64,000 nucleotides of DNA from a virus: the IMG/VR virus record IMGVR_UViG_3300012924_000001, positions 1 through 64,000 of that record; one strand, written 5' to 3'. Under the pieces are notes generated by a model that was not told where the DNA came from, made no database searches, and saw nothing but the letters and a program-made list of their open reading frames with translations. The position numbers and the translations under genes were made by a program. Of the stretch, positions 1 through 8,871 are shown piece after piece (position 1 is the first letter of the stretch; every line of letters begins with the position of its first letter).

Positions 1-185
1 AATTCATATGCACAATCAGCTAGTGTCTCCTGCGCTAATGTATAGAAAAGTCCCTGTAAGGTTGGTTCGTTACGTTGTTCTTTTGCTTCATTGACGGCCT
101 GAAATAACCAGCGCTTGCCCTGCTTGTGTAGTGCTTCGCGGATGTCTTCCCAGCCTTCAGCAGATATTGATATTGACCATGCCAT
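1..185 (-). CDS. hypothetical protein, runs off window (MAWSISISAEGWEDIREALHK...)
   Basis: Hand-translated open frame from ATG at 185; in series with other leftward ORFs; not in ORF track. Confidence 0.6.
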   Translation of the reverse strand, partial: MAWSISISAEGWEDIREALHKQGKRWLFQAVNEAKEQRNEPTLQGLFYTLAQETLADCAYE

Positions 186-196
186 AGTAATGTAGT

Positions 197-373
197 TTAC
201 AGGTTATTAATAGTGTTACGCTCAGCAACCAGCTTACACATACGTACCTGATTGTTCAGCGCACGTGTACGCTTTATCAGCCCAGCACGGGTAGACTTAG
301 GCGCAATGAGTAGGCGAAGCAACAAGAGCGCTGAGCGCCGTTGAAGGATGGGTAACTGTTCGTGTGGTGTCAT
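197..373 (-). CDS. small basic hypothetical protein (58 aa, MTPHEQLPILQRR...)
   Basis: Hand-translated; packs tightly between neighbouring leftward ORFs. Confidence 0.55.
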   Translation of the reverse strand: MTPHEQLPILQRRSALLLLRLLIAPKSTRAGLIKRTRALNNQVRMCKLVAERNTINNL

Positions 374-391
374 GGTAATGTGGTTTAGAGA

Positions 392-613
392 TTAAAGTTT
401 ACGGTAGTGGCCGCTATCTGTAATGATCCAATAGTCTTTTACCTGAATAGTACAGGGCTTACGACATTTATTGCACACATGATAAGGATCATATGTTTTA
501 TTAGCGGCTGCCTTCCCAGGGATAAAGGATACTGAACTTTGACAGCAATCGCTAAGCGTTGCCTTTACCAGCTTGCCGCTGTCCGGATGGGGTAATGAAT
601 TGGTTGCTTTCAT
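392..613 (-). CDS. small Cys-rich, putative Zn-binding protein
   Basis: SDCC...CNKCRKPC motifs; operon packing. Confidence 0.6.
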   Translation of the reverse strand: MKATNSLPHPDSGKLVKATLSDCCQSSVSFIPGKAAANKTYDPYHVCNKCRKPCTIQVKDYWIITDSGHYRKL

Positions 614-617
614 ATGC

Positions 618-875
618 CTATGCGTCTAGTGTTTGGATAAATCTTAATGCGTCCTTTATCTCCCCCGTGCGGCTTAGGTTACCGCAATACAATACTGGCT
701 CCTCTTCCAGTATACCGCTTGCAGCACTGGTAGCGGTACATAATGCCTGTCTAATGTCGTCGTCTGGTTTATTCAGGCCTAATAGCTGCGCCTGTGCCTT
801 CATGTTGAAGTAAGCGGACGCATTGCGGGCAGCGTTGAACAGTAGTTGCATGATAGCGCGTTCTTTGGTAGTCAT
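618..875 (-). CDS. hypothetical protein
   Basis: First ORF after leftward promoter; A-rich start context. Confidence 0.65.
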   Translation of the reverse strand: MTTKERAIMQLLFNAARNASAYFNMKAQAQLLGLNKPDDDIRQALCTATSAASGILEEEPVLYCGNLSRTGEIKDALRFIQTLDA

Positions 876-918
876 ATGTGTATATTTTATAATGTAAGTA
901 ATCAGGTTATTCTACAAG

Positions 919-950
919 CAAAGGTATATACTATATAAGTCAATAGATGT
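919..950 (-). promoter_or_regulatory. Bacteroidota primary-sigma promoter for leftward genes
   Basis: TACCTTTG (-7 consensus TAnnTTTG) at 919-926 on the minus strand. Confidence 0.65.
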
Positions 951-1125
951 TATCAACTGTCATATTTGTGTCAGATTCCTAAAAATAATGTACCAGGGAA
1001 GGGCCTGAGAATCGCGTATACGGAAGCAAAGAAGGCTGTCGTACGCTATAGCGCAAAGTGCAGTATGTTGATAGACAATGAGTTGTGAGATAATGGTTTG
1101 AAATCAAACTAATCTAGCGGAAAAT

Positions 1126-1139
1126 ATACCGATCGGTAT
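1126..1139. promoter_or_regulatory. 14-bp perfect palindrome ATACCGATCGGTAT, possible operator
   Basis: Palindrome read directly, in non-coding region. Confidence 0.4.
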
Positions 1140-1283
1140 GGAAACGGAAATTGTGGGGAATAAGGGACGATCAGAGCAACGCGAAGCGGTGGAAAAAGGG
1201 TAGTAGCGATACAAAGGAGACTTAGTTACTAATAATAACTGACATAGACTGTCATTGTGCATAATCATCGATTTAGACATGCA

Positions 1284-1352
1284 GCCTGTAACGAGCCATG
1301 GTAGCGAGTCTTGTGGTGTGATGATATGTTGTATGCCTAAGTGTATGCCTAA
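1284..1352 (-). repeat. inverted copy of integrase arm-type repeat plus core-like site
   Basis: Reverse complement of 1329-1352 (TTAGGCATACACTTAGGCATACAA) matches 53743-53766 at 23/24; GCTACCATGGCT follows at nearly the same spacing as GCCACCATGGCT after the 53527 arm. Confidence 0.75.
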
Positions 1353-1615
1353 GCTCAGAGTGTTTGTCTCAGTATCAGTGTTTTATACTTACAATAATTA
1401 TGTAATGAATATAATCATCATCTTCAATCAGTAATGGATTAGTTTATGTTTGTGTAATACGTTTGCTATTGATAATCAATTGATATTGCGAATATCTTTC
1501 ACATGATCGAGACCCACCCGGTCAAAAGTTTTCGGTTCCCCTGTGGCGGCCATCGATCAGGCGCAGGGGGTTAACCCTAAGCACATAAACTGTTTCTACT
1601 ATTTTACCCATATAC

Positions 1616-1692
1616 CCTACGTCTACGACTCGGTTATGCTTTTACTCTCTCCCCATGTGTGTTCTGCGTATACCTACGTCTACGACTCGGTT
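1616..1692 (+). repeat. 20-bp direct repeat CCTACGTCTACGACTCGGTT x2
   Basis: Exact copies at 1616-1635 and 1673-1692. Confidence 0.85.
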
Positions 1693-1850
1693 CTATTCCC
1701 TGGTAGTACCCCATTTGTATTTCCGTCCCCGTACCCACTACGTTGTACCCCTATCCGGGTACTCTATCTCTAAGCGAGTACTCATGTTATACTCTCCTGG
1801 GTCTGTTTGTATATTTTGGGATATCCTTATCTTGCATATAAACTTGTTTT

Positions 1851-2162
1851 ATGGACTTATCGGATATTGAATACAGTAGGCGTGTATGGGATACGGCGGA
1901 GGAGCTTGCCAAGGTGACTAATCCTGCGTTATGGGCTACGCTGGTAACCAGTTATGGTAATGATGCCATTGCTGCGCTTTCTACGCCCTTTAATAAGACG
2001 ATGCGTAAGAAGTGGAATAACTATGTCAAGAAGATGGAGGCAGCGGCTCATTTGGCTATTAAATGGCGAATAGAGGGTATTTTAGACGGGATTTGCATGG
2101 CAAAAGATCCTGATGGGGAGGATCTGGATGATTATTTGAAAAGACGGGGTTATGTTTCTTGA
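1851..2162 (+). CDS. hypothetical protein
   Basis: ORF directly downstream of TTTG...TATCTTGC promoter. Confidence 0.75.
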   Translation: MDLSDIEYSRRVWDTAEELAKVTNPALWATLVTSYGNDAIAALSTPFNKTMRKKWNNYVKKMEAAAHLAIKWRIEGILDGICMAKDPDGEDLDDYLKRRGYVS

Positions 2163-2196
2163 TTTGCGTTATATCCCTTATCTTAGAAATAAAAAC

Positions 2197-2430
2197 ATGA
2201 GACTTACACGACCTAAAGACTTTGTTTCGGATTTGGATTTTATCAATGTATATGACAGGGATATTCATAAGTTACTGGAGGCATACGGGAAGTATGTCCG
2301 GGATTGTACGATTATATGGGCTGCTGAGAATGTAACGGCGAAGCTAGAGCATGATGAAGGTCGGTCTTTTTGCAACGTAGATATAATGACGTTGCTTGAA
2401 GGAAAAAACTCTGAGGATTTAAGGATATGA
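2197..2430 (+). CDS. hypothetical protein
   Basis: ORF track 2152..2430; start moved to ATG preceded by AAATAAAAAC. Confidence 0.65.
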   Translation: MRLTRPKDFVSDLDFINVYDRDIHKLLEAYGKYVRDCTIIWAAENVTAKLEHDEGRSFCNVDIMTLLEGKNSEDLRI

Positions 2431-2478
2431 GTTGTGTATATTTAATGCTATATCTCTTATCTTTCACATAAAAACACT

Positions 2479-2643
2479 ATGACAGCACAGACAATTATTG
2501 ATCAGGTTAAGTTCTTGTTGTTTCAGCAGACAGCACATCTTTCGCGTAAGGAGTATAGGGATTTGCTGGAAGAGGTAGGCAGTGATATAAATAATGCTTT
2601 GGAAGCGCTAGAGACAGATGAGGATGAGGAAGATCCCTATTGA
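2479..2643 (+). CDS. small acidic protein (54 aa, MTAQTIIDQVK...ETDEDEEDPY)
   Basis: Hand-translated; own promoter-like TATCTTTC and A-rich start; below ORF-track cutoff. Confidence 0.7.
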   Translation: MTAQTIIDQVKFLLFQQTAHLSRKEYRDLLEEVGSDINNALEALETDEDEEDPY

Positions 2644-2666
2644 GGATAATGACTAAAAAACCATAA

Positions 2667-2975
2667 ATGAACGATACTTTACTTTTGAAGTATGTAGGTT
2701 ACCAGATACAGCAGCGGCGTATACAAAAGGGGCTAACCCAAAGAGAGCTATGTTTGCATATCTCCTTGTCAAGGAGCGCATTAAGTAATATTGAAAAAGG
2801 CAGGCATTGGATGAACATAGAGGCGCTATGGAAGCTTACGCAGGCATTAGGCTGTAAGATAGATGATTTGTTTCCTGATGAGATGCCTGTTGAAATGATA
2901 GTGAAAGTAATAGATATCCCGGTTACTACAATCAAGAAAAAGCGTATAGTGAGCTTCAAAAGCCGTAATACATGA
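2667..2975 (+). CDS. XRE-family HTH transcriptional regulator
   Basis: RIQKGLTQRELC...SRSALSNIEKGRH...LTQALGC HTH_3 pattern. Confidence 0.85.
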   Translation: MNDTLLLKYVGYQIQQRRIQKGLTQRELCLHISLSRSALSNIEKGRHWMNIEALWKLTQALGCKIDDLFPDEMPVEMIVKVIDIPVTTIKKKRIVSFKSRNT

Positions 2976-3403
2976 GTAAAAAAGAAAGCTTTATCATAAA
3001 GCTGCATGATACATCTTACCATAAAGGTGAAGTAGTAATGACATCATGCGGTAGCGTGATGATAGTAGACAGGGAATATAATAAAGTATGGTGGCGTAGA
3101 TTGTTACTTTATATAGGAATAAAAACCAGTCGGTATAATAATATACGTCTTACAGAATATAAAAAAAATAAGCTGATGAGTAAACATTCGCAGGAAACGT
3201 ACCAGATATCAAATCTTATCAGGTTGGTAACAGTGTTACCTCACACGCTAAAAGTAGCCTCCGTGCGAGTAAGGGTAGAGGGATTGTGGACTAATGAGGA
3301 TATCCAGCAGTTAACAGAGGCTGGGTATGTAGTAGATATAACGGGGTTTGACTTTGAGACTTGTAGTGATTTTCTGGAGTTGATATTACCAAAGGCTTTG
3401 TAA
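2972..3403 (+). CDS. hypothetical protein
   Basis: ATGA-coupled to upstream ORF. Confidence 0.6.
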   Translation: MSKKESFIIKLHDTSYHKGEVVMTSCGSVMIVDREYNKVWWRRLLLYIGIKTSRYNNIRLTEYKKNKLMSKHSQETYQISNLIRLVTVLPHTLKVASVRVRVEGLWTNEDIQQLTEAGYVVDITGFDFETCSDFLELILPKAL

Positions 3404-3414
3404 ACCACTTATTT

Positions 3415-3630
3415 ATGGAAGACTATACACACAAGTGGAGTAGGGATATACTATCCTTATCTAAGCTAATATCTCCTAAGTCAGCGGAGCGTTACCGTAG
3501 AGGGATGTTGCTATCGGGAAGAGTTTGTGAGGAGTTACAGGTGTTCGGATTAACCACCGATCAACTAACTGTGATCTCTACATCTATAGAGACCACCTTT
3601 TTCGGGTTGGACTTGGATGAGTGGAAGTAA
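3415..3630 (+). CDS. hypothetical protein
   Basis: ORF in operon packing. Confidence 0.55.
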   Translation: MEDYTHKWSRDILSLSKLISPKSAERYRRGMLLSGRVCEELQVFGLTTDQLTVISTSIETTFFGLDLDEWK

Positions 3631-4034
3631 AAAATCAAACTGTTTTCATGCAAAAAATATATTTTACTGAGTATCTTTCTGTCTCTGGAAATATTTGTGA
3701 CGGTGATACTTATAGGTTTAAAGGCGTTGTGAGGTGTTGTAGGCAGGCTATTCTGCCTGTACTTGAACAGTATTATGGTAGGGAATTGTATGAGTATCAG
3801 AAAGTAGCCTTGTTCCTTTGTTATTTAGATATTGAGATAGGGAGCAGTATCACTATACCCGTAGAGTATAGGATTGATCCTGATTTATATTATACAACAG
3901 AGGGTATAGTAACAGAGATAAATCACAAAAATAATGTTGTTCATTTTGACGCACCCTGTACGGTTGGGGGTACTATACACTCAGGTGTGTATATGAGGGA
4001 TCTTCCCTTTAAGATCAGGTTTAAAGTGTGGTAA
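3621..4034 (+). CDS. hypothetical protein (start may be ATG 3648)
   Basis: ORF in operon packing. Confidence 0.55.
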   Translation: MEVKNQTVFMQKIYFTEYLSVSGNICDGDTYRFKGVVRCCRQAILPVLEQYYGRELYEYQKVALFLCYLDIEIGSSITIPVEYRIDPDLYYTTEGIVTEINHKNNVVHFDAPCTVGGTIHSGVYMRDLPFKIRFKVW

Positions 4035-4222
4035 GCGCATGCGTAATCTTCCAGTCTTTAAAAATATTGCAATAATACTAAATAGAGACGATGTAATCGG
4101 TTGATTAGTAAGTAGTTGAAAATCTACGAAATATTCGTATTGGATACTAAGAGTATACATTTTGGATAGTCAGTATAAATGAGATAACTTGGGATATCAT
4201 ATATCTAATTCACTGTTGAGTC

Positions 4223-4252
4223 CCTTCTGCTTGTTTAAGCGGGAGGTTTTTT
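4223..4252 (+). terminator. intrinsic terminator
   Basis: CCTTCTGCTT-gttt-AAGCGGGAGG followed by T6. Confidence 0.75.
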
Positions 4253-4285
4253 ATTTATATTGCAAATTTTACAGGAATATAATGG

Positions 4286-4477
4286 TTGGTACTTATGAAA
4301 AGAGAAAGAGCAATAATCGTTATGGTACTTGTTTGTATTATGAACATGGTATTACTGCGTATTGCATACCAAATAGTAGACGAGTGTCCTTTATTAGTTT
4401 ATATTATGGGAGTTTTTAGCTGGATCGTGGGTGCTGCTGTTAATATATACTGGAAAGATAGGGGAAGAAAATATTAA
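4286..4477 (+). CDS. small two-TM membrane protein
   Basis: Two hydrophobic stretches; TATATTGC promoter at 4256-4263. Confidence 0.6.
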   Translation: MVLMKRERAIIVMVLVCIMNMVLLRIAYQIVDECPLLVYIMGVFSWIVGAAVNIYWKDRGRKY

Positions 4478-4487
4478 TTTATAACAT

Positions 4488-4937
4488 ATGCATATGAGAC
4501 CTTTGTTAATTGATGAAAAAGCCAGGGCGGCTATAAAGGTGCTAAAGGAGAATGCAGAGAAAAACATTCTCACAGTTAGAGACATATTGGATATGTGGGA
4601 AGGAAGACAGTCTGTTTGGGGGGACAGGCCCGGTAATAGTATCAACCTGTTGGTGGGTTATAAAGTGGTCTTTGGTATGGAACAACAAAAAATAGGATTG
4701 TGTAGGCATCTTTCTGTATCCGTGAATAGCGGCAATAGAATACCAAGTTCTCATGCTATGGAAGTGTTGTTGAAAGAGTTTGGCTTCACAAATACACTCA
4801 AAGATTGCCTCCTAAGAATAGAACCAAATGATGCATTTTATGCTATAGAATGCGTAGATCCTGTAGCACATGAAAAAGTCCTTAACAATATGCATAGAAT
4901 AAAGCATCTTCCAAAAAACAACAGTAGCCCCAATTAA
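4488..4937 (+). CDS. hypothetical protein with RHLSVS motif (resembles 14219 protein)
   Basis: CRHLSVSVNSGNRIPS vs WEHVSVSIIPQMRCPT. Confidence 0.65.
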   Translation: MHMRPLLIDEKARAAIKVLKENAEKNILTVRDILDMWEGRQSVWGDRPGNSINLLVGYKVVFGMEQQKIGLCRHLSVSVNSGNRIPSSHAMEVLLKEFGFTNTLKDCLLRIEPNDAFYAIECVDPVAHEKVLNNMHRIKHLPKNNSSPN

Positions 4938-4963
4938 GGAAAGAGAAAGATCTATATTGCAAG

Positions 4964-5035
4964 ACTAAGCTGTATATATGGGTCTGGGGGGCATACCGAG
5001 AAGCATCCATGTCTGGGTTCGGGATATAGCTTAGT
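4964..5035 (+). ncRNA. structured RNA or 5' leader directly after promoter
   Basis: TATATTGC at 4953-4960; ACTAAGCTGTAT/ATATAGCTTAGT closing stem and ATATGGGT/ATCCATGT inner stem, both with G-U pairs on + strand. Confidence 0.55.
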
Positions 5036-5072
5036 AGGCTGATTTACTTTTATAATAAACACACATTGTCTT

Positions 5073-5264
5073 ATGGAAACAAAGATTTTTTGGTTAGATG
5101 GCCTTGAAAAAGAACAACGCAAGGGTTTTTATGGTTCTAAGGAGATCGCTCCCGCTGATTTATTGAAGGAGCTTTCTGAATTGCGTCCTGGTATTTCGCT
5201 TGCTGCAATACAGATACCTGTTGATTTAACGCAAAATAAAATAGTAATAATTGTACGTAAATAA
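5073..5264 (+). CDS. hypothetical protein
   Basis: ORF track; plausible start context. Confidence 0.6.
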   Translation: METKIFWLDGLEKEQRKGFYGSKEIAPADLLKELSELRPGISLAAIQIPVDLTQNKIVIIVRK

Positions 5265-5273
5265 CATAGGCAT

Positions 5274-5705
5274 ATGAAACAAAATATTGAAGATTACTTT
5301 AAGGTAGATCCTGCTACAAGGAGACAAATGCATATAGATAAGCTTAGGGAATCAGGGTGGTTACAAGGAGCTGAAAAAATATTTAATTCATCTACTATGG
5401 AGGAAAATAACTTTAAAGCACAACAAATGAATAAGATCCAGCCGGAAACAATTATTGCCCTGGTAAAAAACGTTGGTAGAGACATTTCCACCGAAGAGGC
5501 CATTCGCCTACTGGAAGCCATGGAGACAATGGTGGAGATAGCAGGAACCGCCCCTGTGATCACAAAACAGGTATTAGATCCCGTAGACAATGAGCGCGTG
5601 ATGAATGCCCGGAGAAATGAGACAGATGATACCCTTCTCCGTATGCAGCTTCTCCAGCTACATTACGTTGTGCAGGACTTAATTGCAGGATGGATAGTAA
5701 GCTAG
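5274..5705 (+). CDS. hypothetical protein
   Basis: ORF track; followed by hairpin at ~5745-5775. Confidence 0.7.
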   Translation: MKQNIEDYFKVDPATRRQMHIDKLRESGWLQGAEKIFNSSTMEENNFKAQQMNKIQPETIIALVKNVGRDISTEEAIRLLEAMETMVEIAGTAPVITKQVLDPVDNERVMNARRNETDDTLLRMQLLQLHYVVQDLIAGWIVS

Positions 5706-5808
5706 GAATCGGTATAATTTAATTTTACGTATAATTGTCATGATAACCCCGTGGCTAATCCTGGCCCTGGGTTTTATATAATGATCATTGTCTTTTAATA
5801 TAAATAAA

Positions 5809-6228
5809 ATGAAGCAGCTAGAAGAAATAATCAAGAGTTATAAATCACAGGCATTAGATGGCCGTGATGTATTACGGCTTACACAATTTTTAACAGAAGA
5901 GCAGATGTCTATAGTTGGGTGGGCACCTATTAACCTGGGGGAATGGGAGCGTGTACCATTTACCAAGGAGAATGTTTTGGTTCAACTTGAAAAAGATATA
6001 GCTTTTGGTTTTGAAAAGGCGCTCAATAAGCGTAGTCTATCTGCTGCGTCTATGTTTGAAACGGTTAAGATGTGGAATTGGATCTTAGAAGAAGGGTTGG
6101 AGAACTGGGAAGAAGATCAATACGCCATGTATGGTCTGCCACTTTTTAAGGCAACTGCAATAAAATATGGATTTGATAATCCTATAGGAGAAGACTCAGG
6201 CAGTGAGCTTAAATACAACGAAGAGTAG
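5809..6228 (+). CDS. hypothetical phage protein
   Basis: ORF track 5788..6228; ATG after TAAATAAA. Confidence 0.75.
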   Translation: MKQLEEIIKSYKSQALDGRDVLRLTQFLTEEQMSIVGWAPINLGEWERVPFTKENVLVQLEKDIAFGFEKALNKRSLSAASMFETVKMWNWILEEGLENWEEDQYAMYGLPLFKATAIKYGFDNPIGEDSGSELKYNEE

Positions 6229-6261
6229 TTTGAATGAGTATAATTTACTTATCTTGCGACT

Positions 6262-6326
6262 ATGTTTTTTTTTATTTAGAAAAATGAGAGATGGCACCCC
6301 CTGGCTATTTTTAGCTGGGGGTTTTT
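6262..6326 (+). ncRNA. candidate sRNA A
   Basis: TTTG(6229)-N17-TATCTTGC(6250); terminator 6296-6326. Confidence 0.6.
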
Positions 6327-6392
6327 GTCTCTGTGGTCCAGTATTAACTATCTGATTTGGATAGTATGGGTAGAGTAAGTATATTTGGAAAG

Positions 6393-6450
6393 TTATTTAA
6401 TTTATTTTATTATGTTTATGTGAAACATCCTACTTTTCCAAGTGGGGGGT
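6393..6450 (+). ncRNA. candidate sRNA B
   Basis: TTTG(6356)-N20-TATATTTG(6380); hairpin 6429-6446, weak U tract. Confidence 0.5.
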
Positions 6451-6468
6451 TGGCTTATTTTGCACTGT

Positions 6469-6525
6469 ATAGTGCAATGTTTATACACAACGAATCGCCC
6501 AGGTCAGTTTTGGTCTGGGCTTTTT
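6469..6525 (+). ncRNA. candidate sRNA C
   Basis: TATTTTGC(6456); terminator GCCCAGGTCA-gttt-TGGTCTGGGC-T5. Confidence 0.55.
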
Positions 6526-6575
6526 ATAGTTTATCCTACTTTCATTATTTTACAATAAACAATAAAGATAAATTT

Positions 6576-6836
6576 ATGGGCAATAAAGAAAGAGAATCAC
6601 GTCTAGTTTATCGTATGAATACATACTGTATTATGTATGTCGATAGCGCTACTAACGACTCAATAAAAGTATTAGAAGTGCTAACACTTCCACATTATAG
6701 GTTAGATCAAGATATAATAATTGATGGGATTATGTATAAGGTTATTGATACGGCTGATCACATTGACACCGAAGATTTTTCATACATAATATCTGTTCTG
6801 GTTGAACTTGTGGATGATTCCGAATTAGAAGATTGA
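6576..6836 (+). CDS. acidic hypothetical protein
   Basis: 3' part of ORF 6357..6836; ATG after A-rich leader; upstream part overlaps sRNA cassettes. Confidence 0.6.
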   Translation: MGNKERESRLVYRMNTYCIMYVDSATNDSIKVLEVLTLPHYRLDQDIIIDGIMYKVIDTADHIDTEDFSYIISVLVELVDDSELED

Positions 6837-6839
6837 ATT

Positions 6840-7079
6840 ATGGACAATATTGCAATTTTCAAGACTCGTTTAAGGCGATTGGGGATTGAGGTAGAGTTTT
6901 TCAGCAACTATCCTTGGATCTACCTGGAAAAGGTAAATGGAATAAGAGTAAATGAGCGATACCATGCCAATCATGGATTCACGGCATTCTGGTACACCAA
7001 AGACGGGCCTGAGATATCTGACATTGGAGAGGTGTTCAAGGTCATAAGAAAAACACTTTTATCGAAGGATTTTACGTAA
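6840..7079 (+). CDS. hypothetical phage protein (NYPWIYL motif)
   Basis: ORF track; tight packing. Confidence 0.7.
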   Translation: MDNIAIFKTRLRRLGIEVEFFSNYPWIYLEKVNGIRVNERYHANHGFTAFWYTKDGPEISDIGEVFKVIRKTLLSKDFT

Positions 7080-7120
7080 AAATTAGGTTATAAAATATCC
7101 TTTCAGTATTATTGCAATAA

Positions 7121-7180
7121 TAGATATAAAAAATAAGGTTATGAACGATATCCCGGTATTCTTATCGGGATACATTTATT
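7121..7180 (+). ncRNA. candidate sRNA D, or leader hairpin of the HigA-like gene
   Basis: Weak ATTATTGC promoter; TATCCCGGTA-ttct-TATCGGGATA hairpin at 7149-7172. Confidence 0.35.
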
Positions 7181-7201
7181 TATGTTACAAATACAATAAC
7201 C

Positions 7202-7543
7202 ATGGATAAATCATTTGACCCTCATGATGAGCGAACCGTGCTATCCTGTCCTGGAGATACGCTTTTAGAGACTATGGAGATTTATGGCATAAGTAAAGAA
7301 GCGTTGGCTCATAGTTTAAAGATGTCTACAGGGCAGGCTCAGCAATTATTGGATGGTGTGCTTCCACTTACCGAAGAGATCGCAATAGGGCTGGAAAGGC
7401 TTGTTAAAATTGATAAGCAGTTTTGGATTAACAGTGAGGAGCTTTATAGAGAAAAATTAAAACAGATCACTCAGGCTGAGAATGAACAGACACTGGATTG
7501 TGTAGGGAATAAGATATATCAACTTGGCCGAAAAAAGAAGTAA
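7202..7543 (+). CDS. HigA/VapI-like antitoxin HTH protein (orphan)
   Basis: PGDTLLETME..ISKEALA..LLDG..LTEEIAIGLERL..QFWINSE..Y pattern. Confidence 0.8.
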   Translation: MDKSFDPHDERTVLSCPGDTLLETMEIYGISKEALAHSLKMSTGQAQQLLDGVLPLTEEIAIGLERLVKIDKQFWINSEELYREKLKQITQAENEQTLDCVGNKIYQLGRKKK

Positions 7544-7546
7544 CAA

Positions 7547-8071
7547 ATGACTGATCATGATGTGTTTATTCAAGAGATTGCAGACTTACTCTTAGAAAAA
7601 GCAAAAATTGAAAGAGAAAAGCAAGCACTACCTCCATCTTGTACTATAATTGGAATGGATAAAAATGGACACTCTGCCGTTGCCCCACTAATCGGCACTC
7701 CTGATTTTTTCAGTGGTCATCTGAGTATAAAATACCGATTCCCTGCAATAGTAAGAAAGTGTTGTCAGGGATTGAAGACGAAGGGGGTTACGCCAATAGG
7801 AATTATTACCATCATAGATATATGGTTTACGTATTACCTTACTCCAGGGAAAGGAGAAATTGTATTTGAGAAGACTATGCCGTCTCAATCTCCAAATAAA
7901 ATGGAAGCACTTGTGCGAAGAATCGATAAAAAAAATCAAGCTATTTTTTTATTAACCCCTTATGAGTCGATTGACAAAAAAATAGTGTATTCAAGCAGTA
8001 TTCAGCCTGATGCACAGACAGGGATGGCGTTTGTAGATTTACCAAAATATCTTTTCCCTTCAGACTTATAA
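7547..8071 (+). CDS. hypothetical protein
   Basis: ORF track. Confidence 0.7.
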   Translation: MTDHDVFIQEIADLLLEKAKIEREKQALPPSCTIIGMDKNGHSAVAPLIGTPDFFSGHLSIKYRFPAIVRKCCQGLKTKGVTPIGIITIIDIWFTYYLTPGKGEIVFEKTMPSQSPNKMEALVRRIDKKNQAIFLLTPYESIDKKIVYSSSIQPDAQTGMAFVDLPKYLFPSDL

Positions 8072-8088
8072 AGGAAATATCTGTATAT

Positions 8089-8295
8089 ATGACAAGAACC
8101 CTTATTAAATTTCGCGTAGTGACAGATGGAATGGCTGTTCATCATGAATACTGGCACAGACTTTTTTGGTTTGTAGGCTATTGGTTGCCATATAAAAGTA
8201 CTGCGTATAACAATCGAGATCAGATAAGAGAAATAGAAAGAATAATAGCCGCGTTTGTGAAAGATCCAGATGGAAAAGACATCCCTGTTATATAA
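8089..8295 (+). CDS. hypothetical protein
   Basis: ORF track. Confidence 0.55.
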   Translation: MTRTLIKFRVVTDGMAVHHEYWHRLFWFVGYWLPYKSTAYNNRDQIREIERIIAAFVKDPDGKDIPVI

Positions 8296-8356
8296 CAAAA
8301 CACCTCCCAAGAAAAGGAGGTGCAGAAGGTATGGTGATAATTCAAAAGAAAAATTA
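8296..8356 (-). ncRNA. candidate sRNA E (minus strand)
   Basis: Minus-strand TTTG-N19-TATATTTA (8392 to 8362); hairpin CACCTCC/GGAGGTG followed by TTTT. Confidence 0.6.
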
Positions 8357-8466
8357 CGATGTAAATATAGGATATCCGGAGATATTGACAAAATAAAAAG
8401 CATCAATAAACATGACCCATTTTAAAATACAGTTTTGGTAGTTTATTAACTATTAAAACTGGCTCA

Positions 8467-8712
8467 ATGAAAAGACCTTATTATCTTAGAGATTCTGCTA
8501 AGAGGAACAGATGGGTAAAGGCTCATACTATTCGTAAATATAGGCATAGGATTAATCAGCTGGTAAGTCTGTATTGTAGAAACAAAAGGTATCTACTATT
8601 TTATCAGTCTGATCTGGAATGGGAGAACGAACCTGCTGATCCTATACATGGCTGGAATGAGTTACATCTGCCGCAATGGAAAGATATTAATGATCCCTGG
8701 TCTTGGGATTAA
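8467..8712 (+). CDS. hypothetical protein with basic N-terminus
   Basis: ORF track; terminator at ~8738-8772. Confidence 0.6.
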   Translation: MKRPYYLRDSAKRNRWVKAHTIRKYRHRINQLVSLYCRNKRYLLFYQSDLEWENEPADPIHGWNELHLPQWKDINDPWSWD

Positions 8713-8803
8713 AAACTTTATATAGTTGGATTTATGCTCTCTGGCTAATCTTGGCCGGGGGATTTTATTTTTGGAGATAAGAAAAAAGGTTATCTTTGAC
8801 ATC

Positions 8804-8862
8804 TTCGAACAAATCACTCTATAACGAATATGATAGCCCCCAATAGGTCTCTATTGGGGGGA
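8804..8862 (+). ncRNA. candidate sRNA G, or leader hairpin
   Basis: TTTG(8770)-N17-TATCTTTG(8791); 10-bp stem at 8837-8860 without U tract. Confidence 0.45.
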
Positions 8863-8871
8863 AATTAAATC

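Noticed and set aside
1385-1410. dif/XerCD site
   Set aside because: ACAATAA-TTATGTAA lacks the 6-bp spacer and a full XerD arm
1616-1692. DGR template/variable repeat or CRISPR repeat
   Set aside because: Only 20 bp and two copies; no adenine-specific differences and no reverse transcriptase
1543-1870. ORFs of 76 and 71 aa
   Set aside because: GTG starts; translate the direct repeat and low-complexity DNA
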